Assembly: GCA_964016885.1 (NCBI GenBank)
Contig: OZ024744.1
Coordinates: 31,310,001-31,374,000 of the forward strand
DNA from: Eledone cirrhosa
Taxonomy: Eukaryota
DNA: 64,000 nucleotides
Direction of reading: 5' to 3'
Of the stretch, positions 1 to 12,400 are shown piece after piece (the first letter of the stretch is position 1; each line of letters begins with the position of its first letter). Made by a program: the position numbers and the translations under genes. Below the pieces are notes generated by a model that did not search any database, was not told the origin of the DNA, and was given only the letters and a program-made list of their open reading frames with translations.

Positions 1-1399
1 TACTAACTAATGTCCTATGTCATGACCAACTGAGACATTGGTAAACACATTACTAACTAATGTCCTATGTCATGGCCAACTGAGACGTTGGTAAACCCAG
101 TACTAACTAATGTCCTCTGTCATGGCCAACTGAGACATTGTTAAACCCAGTACTAACTAATGTCCTATGTCATGACCAACTGAGACATTGGTAAACCCAG
201 TACTAACTAATGTCCTATGTCATGGCCAACTGAGACGTTGGTAAACCCAGTACTAACTAATGTCCTCTGTCATGGCCAACAGAGACGTTGGTAAACCCAG
301 TATTAGCTAATGTCCTATGTCATGGCCAACTGAGACGATGGTAAACCCAGTACTAACTAATGTCCTCTGTCATGGCCAACTGAGACATTGGTAAACCCAG
401 TACTAACTAATGTCCTATGTCATGACCAACTAAGACATTGGTAAACCCAGTACTATCTAATGTCCTATGTCATGGCCAACTGAGACGTTGGTAAACCCAG
501 TACTAACTAATGTCCTCTGTCATGGCCAACTGAGAGATTGGTAAACCCAGTACTAACTAATGTCCTATGTCATGACCAACTGAGACATTGGTAAACCCAG
601 TACTAACTAATGTCCTATGTCATGGCCAACTGAGAGATTGGTAAACCCAGTACTAACTAATGTCCTATGTCATGACCAACTGAGACATTGGTAAACCCAG
701 TATTAACTAATGTCCTATGTCATGGCCAACTGAGACGTTGGTAAACTCAGTACTAACTAATGTCCTCTGTCATGGCCAACTGAGACATTGGTAAACCCAG
801 TACTAACTAATGTCCTATGTCATGACCAACTGAGATATTGGTAAACACATTACTAACTAATGTCCTATGTCATGGCCAACTGAGACGTTGGTAAATCCAG
901 TACTAACTAATGTCCTCTCTCATGGCCAACTGAGACGTTGGTAAACCCAGTATTAACTAATGTCCTATGTCATGGCCAACTGAGACGATGGTAAGCCAGG
1001 TACTAAATAATGTCCTCTGTCATGGCCAACTGAGACATTGGTAAACCCAGTACTAACTAATGTCCTATGTCATGGCCAACTGAGACATTGGTAAACTCAG
1101 TACTATCTAATGTCCTATGTCATGGCACACTGAGACGTTGGTAAACCCAGTACTAATTAATGTCCTCTCTCATGGCCAACTGAGACGTTGGTAAACCCAG
1201 TACTAACTAAAGTCCTCTTTCATAGCCAACTGAGACGTAGGTAAACCCAGTACTAACTAATGTCCTCTGTCATGGGCAACTGAGACGTTGGTAAACCCAG
1301 TACTAACTAATGTCCTCTGTCATGGCCAACTGAGACATTCGTAAACCCAGTACTAACTAATGTCCTCTGTTAATGCCAACTGAGAGATTGGTAAACCCA

Positions 1400-3300
1400 G
1401 TACTAACTAATGTCCTATGTCATGACCAACTGAGACATTGGTAAACCCAGTACTAACTAATGTCGTATGTCATGGCCAACTGAGATATTGGTAAACCCAG
1501 TACTAACTAATGTCCTATGTCATCGCCAACTGAGACGTTGGTAAACCCAGTACTAACTAATGTCCTATGTCATGACCAACTGAGACGTTGGTAAACGCAG
1601 TACTAACTAATGTCCTCTGTCATGGCCAACTTAGACGTTGGTAAACCCAGTACTAACTAATGTCCTATGTCATGACCAACTGAGACGTTGGTAAACGCAG
1701 TACTAACTAATGTCTTATGTCATGGCCAACTGAGACGTTGGTAAACGCAGTACTAACTAATGTCCTCTGTCATGGCCAACTTAGACGTAGGTAAACCCAG
1801 TACTAACTAATGTCCTCTGTCATGGCCAACTGAGACGTTGGTAAACCCAGTACTAACTAATGTCCTCTGTCGTTACCAACTAAGACGTAGGTAAACCCAG
1901 TACTAACTAATGTCCTCTGTCATGGCCAACTGAGACGTAGGTAAACCCAGTACTAACTAATGTCCTATGTCATGGCCAACTGAGACGTTGGTAAACCCAG
2001 TATTAACTAATGTCCTATGTCATGACCAACTGAGACATTGGTAAACCCAGTACTAACTAATGTCCTATATCATGGCCAACTGAGACGTTGGTAAACCCAG
2101 TACTAACTAATGTCTTATGTCATGGCCAACTGAGACATTGGTAAACCCAGTACTAACTAATGTCCTCTGTCATGGCCAACCAAGACGGTGGTAAACCCAC
2201 TACCATTAATGTCCTCTGTCATGGCCAACGGAGACGTTGGTAAACCCAGTACTAACTAATGTCCTATGTCATGACCACCTCAGAGATTGGTAAAGCCAGT
2301 ACTAACTAATGTCTTATGTCATGACCAACTGAGACGTAGGTAAATCCAGTACTAACTAATGTCCTATGTCATGACCAACTGAGACATTGGTAAACCCAGT
2401 ACTAACTAATGTCGTATGTCATGGCCAACTGAGATATTGGTAAACCCAGTACTAACTAATGTCCTATGTCATCGCCAACTGAGACGTTGGTAAACCCAGT
2501 ACTAACTAATGTCCTATGTCATGACCAACTGAGACGTTGGTAAACGCAGTACTAACTAATGTCCTCTGTCATGGCCAACTTAGACGTTGGTAAACCCAGT
2601 ACTAACTAATGTCCTATGTCATGACCAACTGAGACGTTGGTAAACGCAGTACTAACTAATGTCTTATGTCATGGCCAACTGAGACGTTGGTAAACGCAGT
2701 ACTAACTAATGTCCTCTGTCATGGCCAACTTAGACGTAGGTAAACCCAGTACTAACTAATGTCCTCTGTCATGGCCAACTGAGACGTTGGTAAACCCAGT
2801 ACTAACTAATGTCCTCTGTCGTTACCAACTAAGACGTAGGTAAACCCAGTACTAACTAATGTCCTCTGTCATGGCCAACTGAGACGTAGGTAAACCCAGT
2901 ACTAACTAATGTCCTATGTCATGGCCAACTGAGACGTTGGTAAACCCAGTATTAACTAATGTCCTATGTCATGACCAACTGAGACATTGGTAAACCCAGT
3001 ACTAACTAATGTCCTATATCATGGCCAACTGAGACGTTGGTAAACCCAGTACTAACTAATGTCTTATGTCATGGCCAACTGAGACATTGGTAAACCCAGT
3101 ACTAACTAATGTCCTCTGTCATGGCCAACCAAGACGGTGGTAAACCCACTACCATTAATGTCCTCTGTCATGGCCAACGGAGACGTTGGTAAACCCAGTA
3201 CTAACTAATGTCCTATGTCATGACCACCTCAGAGATTGGTAAAGCCAGTACTAACTAATGTCTTATGTCATGACCAACTGAGACGTAGGTAAATCCAGTA
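1400..3300. repeat. Tandem duplication of a 949-bp (19-monomer) block
   Basis: GTCGTATG at 1462 and 2411; CAAGACGGTGGTAAACCCACTACCATT at 2181 and 3130; AAACGCAG, GTCGTTACC and CCTATATC variants in the same order; constant offset 949. Confidence 0.93.
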
Positions 3301-6300
3301 CTAACTAATGTCCTATGTCATGACCAACTGAGACATTGGTAAACCCAGTACTAACTAATGTCCTATGTCATGACCAACTGAGACGTTGGTAAACCCAGTA
3401 CTAACTAACGTCCTATGTCATGGCCAACTGAGACGTTGGTAAACCCAGTACTAACTAATGTCCGCTGTCATGGCCAACTGAGACGTTGGTAAACACAGTA
3501 CTAACTAATGTCCTATGTCATGGCCAACTGAGATGTTGGTAAACCCAGTACTAACTAATGTCCTCTGTCATGGCCAACTGAGACGTTGGTAAACCCAGTA
3601 CTAACTAATGTCCTATGTCATGGCGAACTGAGACGTTGGAAAACCCAGTACTAACTAATGTCCTCTGTCATGACAACTATGAGATTGGTAAACCCAGTAC
3701 TAACTAATGTCCTATGTCATGACCAACTGAGACATTGGTAAACCCAGTACTAACTAATGTCCTATGTCATGGCCAACTGAGACGTTGGAAAACCCAGTAC
3801 TAACTAATGTCCTCTGTCATGGCCAACTGAGACATTGGTAAACCCAGTACTAACTAATGTCCTACGTCATGACCAACTGAGACATTGGTAAACCCAGTAC
3901 TAAATAATGTCCTATGTCATGGCCAACTGAGACGTTGGTAAATCCAGTACTAACTAATGTCCTCTCTCATGGCCAACTGAGACGTTGGTAAACCCAGTAC
4001 TAACTAATGTTCTCTGTCATGGCCAACTGAGACGTAGGTAAACCCAGTACTAACTAATGTCCTCTGTCATGGCCAACTGAGACGTTAGTAAACCTAGTAT
4101 TAGCTAATGTCCTATGCCATGGCCAACTGAGGCGATGGTAAACCCAGTACTAAATAATGTCCTTTGTCATGGCCAACTGAGACATTGGTAAACCCAGTTG
4201 TAACTAATGTCCTATGTCATGGCCAACTGAGACATTGGTAAAACCAGTACTATCTAATGTCCTATGTCATGGCCAACTGAGACGTTGGGAAACCCAGTAC
4301 TAACTAATGTCCTCTGTCATGGCCAACTGAGAGATTGGTAAACCCAGTACTAACTAATGTCCTATGTCATGACCAACTGAGACATTGGTAAACCTAGTAC
4401 TAACTAATGTCCTATGTCATGGTCAACTGAGACGTTGGTAAACCCAATACTAACTAATGTCCTCTGTCATAGCCAACTGAGACGTAGGTAAAGCCAGTAC
4501 TAACTAATGTCCTCTGTCATGGCCAACTGAAACGTTGGGAAACCCAGTACTAACTAATGTCCTCTGTCATGGCCAAGTGAGATATTGCTAAACCCAGTAT
4601 TATCTAATGTCCTATGTCATGACCAACTGAGACGTTGGTATACCCATTACTAACGAATGTCCTCTGTCATGGCCAACTGAGACATTGGTAAACCCAGTAT
4701 AAACTAATATCCTATGTCATGACCAACTGAGACATTGGTAAACCCAGTACTAACTAATGTCCTATGTCATGGCCAACTGAGACGTTGGTAAACCCAGTAC
4801 TAACTAATGTCTTATGTCATGGCCAACTGAGACATTGGTAAACCCAGTACTAACTAATGTCCTCTGTCATGGCCAACCGAGACGCTGGTAAACCCACTAC
4901 CAACTAATGTCCTCTGTCATGGCCAACGGAGACGTTGGTAAACCCAGTACTAACTAATGTCCTATGTCATGACCACCTCAGACATTGGTAAAGCCAGTAC
5001 TAACTAATGTCTTATGTCATGACCAACTGAGACGTAGGTAAATCCAGTACTAACTAATGTCCTATGTCATGACCAACTGAGACATTGGTAAACCCAGTAC
5101 TAACTAATGTCCTATGTCATGACCAACTGAGACGTTGGTAAACCCAGTACTAACTAACGTCCTATGTCATGGCCAACTGAGACGTTGGTAAACCCAGTAC
5201 TAACTAATGTCCTCTGTCATGGCCAACTGAGACGTTGGTAAACCCAGTACTAACTAATGTCCTATGTCATGGCGAACTGAGACGTTGGAAAACCCAGTAC
5301 TAACTAATGTCCTCTGTCATGACAACTATGAGATTGGTAAACCCAGTACTAACTAATGTCCTATGTCATGACCAACTGAGACATTGGTAAACCCAGTACT
5401 AACTAATGTCCTATGTCATGGCCAACTGAGACGTTGGAAAACCCAGTACTAACTAATGTCCTCTGTCATGGCCAACTGAGACATTGGTAAACCCAGTACT
5501 AACTAATGTCCTACGTCATGACCAACTGAGACATTGGTAAACCCAGTACTAAATAATGTCCTACGTCATGGCCAACTGAGACGTTGGTAAATCCAGTACT
5601 AACTAATGTCCTCTCTCATGGCCAACTGAGACGTTGGTAAACCCAGTACTAACTAATGTTCTCTGTCATGGCCAACTGAGACGTAGGTAAACCCAGTACT
5701 AACTAATGTCCTCTGTCATGGCCAACTGAGACGTTAGTAAACCCAGTATTAGCTAATGTCCTATGTCATTGCCAACTGAGGCGATGGTAAACCCAGTACT
5801 AAATAATGTCCTTTGTCATGGCCAACTGAGACATTGGTAAACCCAGTTGTAACTAATGTCCTATGTCATGGCCAACTGAGACATTGGTAAACCCAGTACT
5901 ATCTAATGTCCTATGTCATGGCCAACTGAGACGTTGGGAAACCCAGTACTAACTAATGTCCTCTGTCATGGCCAACTGAGAGATTGGTAAACCCAGTACT
6001 AACTAATGTCCTATGTCATGACCAACTGAGACATTGGTAAACCTAGTACTAACTAATGTCCTATGTCATGGTCAACTGAGACGTTGGTAAACCCAATACT
6101 AACTAATGTCCTCTGTCATAGCCAACTGAGACGTAGGTAAAGCCAGTACTAACTAATGTCCTCTGTCATGGCCAACTGAAACGTTGGGAAACCCAGTACT
6201 AACTAATGTCCTCTGTCATGGCCAACTGAGATATTGCTAAACCCAGTATTATCTAATGTCCTATGTCATGACCAACTGAGACGTTGGTATACCCATTACT

Positions 6301-6430
6301 AACGAATGTCCTCTGTCATGGCCAACTGAGACATTGGTAAACCCAGTATAAACTAATGTCCTATGTCATGACCAACTGAGACGTTGGTAAACCCAGTACT
6401 AACTAACGTCCTATGTCATGGCCAACTGAG
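3300..6430. repeat. Near-tandem duplication, offset 1,649 bp (33 monomers)
   Basis: GGCGAA at 3622 and 5271; AACCCAGTTG at 4191 and 5840; GAGGCGATGG and GACAACTATG present in both copies. Confidence 0.88.
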
Positions 6431-9400
6431 ACTTTGGTAAACCCAGTACTAACTAATGTCCTCTGTCATGGCCAACTGTGACGTTGGTAAACACAGTAGT
6501 AACTAATGTCCTATGTTATGGCCAACTGAGACGTTGGTAAACCCAGTACTAACTAATGTCCTATGTCATGACCAACTGAGACATTGGTAAACCCAGTACT
6601 AACTAATGTCCTATGTCATCACCAACTGAGACGTTGGTAAACCCAGTACTAACTAACGTCCTATGTCATGGCCAACTGAGACGTTGGTAAACCCAGTACT
6701 AACTAATGTCCGCTGTCATGGCCAACTGAGACGTTGGTAAACACAGTACTAACTAATGTCCTATGTCATGGCCAACTGAGATGTTGGTAAACCCAGTACT
6801 AACTAATGTCCTCTGTCATGGCCAACTGAGACGTTGGTAAACCCGGTACTAACTAATGTCCTATGTCATGACCAACTGAGACGTTGGTAAACCCAGTACT
6901 AACTAATATCCTCTGTCATGACAACTGAGAGATTGGTAAACCCAGAACTAACTAATGTCCTATGTCATGACCAACTGAGACATTGGTAAACCCAGTACTA
7001 ACTAATGTCCTATGTCATGGCCAACTGAGACGTTTGAAAACCCAGTACTAACTAATGTCCTCTGTCATGGCCAACTGAGACATTGGTAAACCCAGTACTA
7101 ACTAATGTCCTACGTCATGACCAACTGAGACATTGGTAAACCCAGTACTAACTAATGTCCTATGTCATGGCCAACTGAGACGTTGGTAAATCCAGTACTA
7201 ACTAATGTCCTCTCTCATGGCCAACTGAGACGTTGGTAAACACAGTACTAACTAATGTCCTATGTCATGGCAAACTGAGATGTTGGTAAACCCAGTACTA
7301 ACTGATGTCCTCTGTCATGGCCAACTGAGACGTTGGTAAACCCAGTACTAACTAATGTCCGCTGTCATGACCAACTGAGACGTTGGTAAACACAGTACTA
7401 ACTAATGTCCTATGTCATGGCCAACTGAGATGTTGGTAAACCCAGTACTAACTAATGTCCTCTGTCATGGCCAACTGAGACGTTGGAAAACCCAGTACTA
7501 AATAATGTCCTATGTCATGACCAACTGAGACGTTGGTAAACCCAGTACTAACTAATGTCCTCTGTCATGACAACTGAGAGATTGGTAAACCCAGTACTAA
7601 CTAATGTCCTATGTCATGGACAACTGAGACGTTGGTAAATCCAGTACTAACTAATGTCCTCTCTCATGGCCAACTGAGACGTTGGTAAACCCAGTACTAA
7701 TTAATGTTCTCTGTCATAGCCAACTGAGACGTAGATAAACCCAGTACTAACTAATGTCCTATGTCATGGCCAACTGAGTCGTTGGTAACCCAGTACCAAC
7801 TAATGTCCTCTGTCATGACAACTGAGAGATTGGAAAACCCAGTACTAACTAATGTCCACTGTCATGTCCAACTGAGACATTGGTAAACCCAGTACTAACT
7901 AATGTCCTACGTCATGACCAACTGAGACATTGGTAAACTCAGTATTAACTAATGTCCTATGTCATGGCCAACTGAGACGTTGGTAAATCCAGTACTAACT
8001 AATGTCCTCTCTCATGGCCAACTGAGACGTTGGTAAACCCAGTACTAACTAATGTTCTCTGTCATGGCCAACTGAGACGTAGGTAAACCCAGTACTAACT
8101 AATGTCCTCTGTCATGGCCAACTGAGACGTTAGTAAACCCAGTATTAGCTAATGTCCTATGTCATGGCCAACTGAGACGATGGTAAACCCAGTACTAAAT
8201 AATGTCCTTTGTCATGGCGAACTGAGACATTGGTAAACCCAGTTCTAACTAATGTCCTATGTCATGGCCAACTGAGACATTGGTAAACCCAGTACTATCT
8301 AATGTCCTATGTCATGGCCAACTGAGACGTTGGGAAACCCAGTACTAACTAATGTCCTCTGTCATGGCCAACTGAGAGATTGGTAAACCCAGTACTAACT
8401 AATGTCCTATGTCATGACCAACTGAGACATTGGTAAACCTAGTACTAACTAATGTCCTATGTCATGGTCAACTGAGACGTTGGTAAACCCAATACTAACT
8501 AATGTCCTCTGTCATAGCCAACTGAGACGTAGGTAAAGCCAGTACTAACTAATGTCCTCTGTCATGGCCAACTGAAACGTTGGGAAACCCAGTACTAACT
8601 AATGTCCTCTGTCATGGCCAACTGAGATATTGCTAAACCCAGTATTATCTAATGTCCTATGTCATGACCAACTGAGACGTTGGTATACCCATTACTAACG
8701 AATGTCCTCTGTCATGGCCAACTGAGACATTGGTAAACCCAGTATAAACTAATGTCCTATGTCATGACCAACTGTGACGTTGGTAAACACAGTACTAACT
8801 AATGTCCTATGTTATGGCCAACTGAGACGTTGGTAAACCCAGTACTAACTAATGTCCTATGTCATGACCAACTGAGACATTGGTAAACCCAGTACTAAGT
8901 AATGTCCTATGTCATGACCAACTGAGACGTTGGTAAACCCAGTACTAACTAACGTCCTATGTCATGGCCAACTGAGACGTTGGTAAACCCAGTACTAACT
9001 AATGTCCGCTCTCATGGCCAACTGAGACGTTGGTAAACACAGTACTAACTAATGTCCTATGTCATGGCCAACTGAGATGTTGGTAAACCCAGTACTAACT
9101 AATGTCCTCTGTCATGGCCAACTGAGACGTTGGTAAACCCAGTACTAACTAATGTCCTATGTCATGACCAACTGAGACGTTGGTAAACCCAGTACTAACT
9201 AATGTCCTCTGTCATGACAACTGAGAGATTGGTAAACCCAGTACTAACTAATGTCCTATGTCATGACCAACTGAGACATTGGTAAACCCAGTACTAACTA
9301 ATGTCCTACGTCATGACCAACTGAGACATTGGTAAACCCAGTACTAACTAATGTCCTATGTCATGGCCAACTGAGACGTTGGTAAATCCAGTACTAACTA

Positions 9401-12400
9401 ATATCCTCTCTCATGGCCAACTGAGACGTTGGTAAACACAGTACTAACTAATGTCCTATGTTATGGCAAACTGAGATGTTGGTAAACCCAGTACTAACTG
9501 ATGTCCTCTGTCATGGCCAACTGAGACGTTGGTAAACCCAGTACTAACTAATGTCCGCTGTCATGGCCAACTGAGACGTTGGTAAACACAGTACTAACTA
9601 ATGTCCTATGTCATGGCCAACTGAGATGTTGGTAAACCCAGTACTAACTAATGTCCTCTGTCATGGCCAACTGAGACGTTGGTAAACCCAGTACTAACTC
9701 ATGTCCTATGTCATGACCAACTGAGACGTTGGTAAACCCAGTACTAACTAATGTCCTCTGTCATGACATCTGAGAGATTGGTAAACCCAGTACTAACTAA
9801 TGTCCTATGTCATGGACAACTGAGACGTTGGTAAATCCAGTACTAACTAATGTCCTTTTTCATGGCCAACTGAGACGTTGGTAAACCCAGTACTAACTAA
9901 TGTTCTCTGTCATGGCCAACTGAGACGTAGGTAAACCCAGTACTAACTAATGTCCTATGTCATGGCCAACTGAGTCGTTGGTAACCCAGTACCAACTAAT
10001 GTCCTCTGTCATGACAACTGAGAGATTGGTAAACACAGTACTAACTAATGTCCTATGTCATGGCCAACTGAGATGTTGGTAAACCCAGTACTAACTAATG
10101 TCCTCTGTCATGGCCAACTGAGACGTTGGTAAACCCAGTACTAACTAATGTCCTATGTCATGGCCAACTGAGAGATTGGTAAACCCAGTACTAACTAATG
10201 TCCTATGTTATGGCCAACTGAGACGTTGGTAAACCCAGTACTAACTAATGTCCTCTGTCATAGCCAACTGAGACGTAGGTAAACCCAGTACTAACTAATG
10301 TCCTATGTCATGGCCAACTGAGTCGTTGGTAACCCAGTACCAACTAATGTCCTCTGTCATGGCCAACTGAGATATTGCTAAACCCAGTATTATCTAATGT
10401 CCTATGTCATGACCAACTGAGACGTTGGTATACCCAGTACAAACGAATGTCCTCTGTCATGGCCAACTGAGACATTGGTAAACCCAGTATAAAAAAATGT
10501 CCTATGTCATGACCAACTGAGACGTTGGTAAACCCAGTACTAACTAACGTTCAATGTCATGGCCAACTGAGACGTTGGTAACCCAGTACTAACTAATGTC
10601 CTCTGTCATGGCCAACTGAGACGTTGGTAAACCCAGTACTAACTAATGTCCTATGTCATGGCCAACTAAGACATTGGTAAACCCAGTACTATCTAATGTC
10701 CTATGTCATGGCCAACTGAGACGTTGGGAAACCCAGTACTAACTAATGTCCTCTGTCATGGCCAACTGAGAGATTGGTAAACCCAGTACTAACTAATGTC
10801 CTATGTCATGACCAACTGAGACATTGGTAAACCTAGTACTAACTAATGTCCTATGTCATGGTCAACTGAGACGTTGGTAAACCCAATACTAACTAATGTC
10901 CTCTGTCATAGCCAACTGAGACGTAGGTAAAGCCAGTACTAACTAATGTCCTCTGTCATGGCCAACTGAAACGTTGGGAAACCCAGTACTAACTAATGTC
11001 CTCTGTCATGGCCAACTGAGATATTGCTAAACCCAGTATTATCTAATGTCCTATGTCATGACCAACTGAGACGTTGGTATACCCATTACTAACGAATGTC
11101 CTCTGTCATGGCCAACTGAGACATTGGTAAACCCAGTATAAACTAATGTCCTATGTCATGGCCAACTGAGACTTTGGTAAACCCAGTACTAACTAATGTC
11201 CTCTGTCATGGCCAACTGTGACGTTGGTAAACACAGTATTAACTAATGTCCTATGTTATGGCCAACTGAGACGTTGGTAAACCCAGTACTAACTAATGTC
11301 CTATGTCATGACCAACTGAGACATTGGTAAACCCAGTAGTAACTAATGTCCTATGTCATCACCAACTGAGACGTTGGTAAACCCAGTACTAACTAACGTC
11401 CTATGTCATGGCCAACTGAGACGTTGGTAAACCCAGTACTAACTAATGTCCGCTGTCATGGCCAACTGAGACGTTGGTAAACACAGTACTAACTAATGTC
11501 CTATGTCATGGCCAACTGAGATGTTGGTAAACCCAGTACTAACTAATGTCCTCTGTCATGGCCAACTGAGACGTTGGTAAACCCGGTACTAACTAATGTC
11601 CTATGTCATGACCAACTGAGACGTTGGTAAACCCAGTACTAACTAATGTCCTCTGTCATGACAACTGAGAGATTGGTAAACCCAGTACTAACTAATGTCC
11701 TATGTCATGACCAACTGAGACATTGGTAAACCCAGTACTAACTAATGTCCTATGTCATGGCCAACTGAGACGTTTGAAAACCCAGTACTAACTAATGTCC
11801 TCTGTCATGGCCAACTGAGACATTGGTAAACCCAGTACTAACTAATGTCCTACGTCATGACCAACTGAGACATTGGTAAACCCAGTACTAACTAATGTCC
11901 TATGTCATGGCCAACTGAGACGTTGGTAAATCCAGTACTAACTAATGTCCTCTCTCATGGCCAACTGAGACGTTGGTAAACACAGTACTAACTAATGTCC
12001 TATGTCATGGCAAACTGAGATGTTGGTAAACCCAGTACTAACTGATGTCCTCTGTCATGGCCAACTGAGACGTTGGTAAACCCAGTACTAACTAATGTCC
12101 GCTGTCATGGCCAACTGAGACGTTGGTAAACACAGTACTAACTAATGTCCTATGTCATGGCCAACTGAGATGTTGGTAAACCCAGTACTAACTAATGTCC
12201 TCTGTCATGGCCAACTGAGACGTTGGAAAACCCAGTACTAAATAATGTCCTATGTCATGACCAACTGAGACGTTGGTAAACCCAGTACTAACTAATGTCC
12301 TCTGTCATGACAACTGAGAGATTGGTAAACCCAGTACTAACTAATGTCCTATGTCATGGACAACTGAGACGTTGGTAAATCCAGTACTAACTAATGTCCT

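Noticed and set aside
3489-3497. Forkhead-type GTAAACA site, and yeast donor-like GTATGT in GTCGTATG variants
   Set aside because: These occur only in minority single-base variants of the monomer, with no gene context, and are expected by chance.
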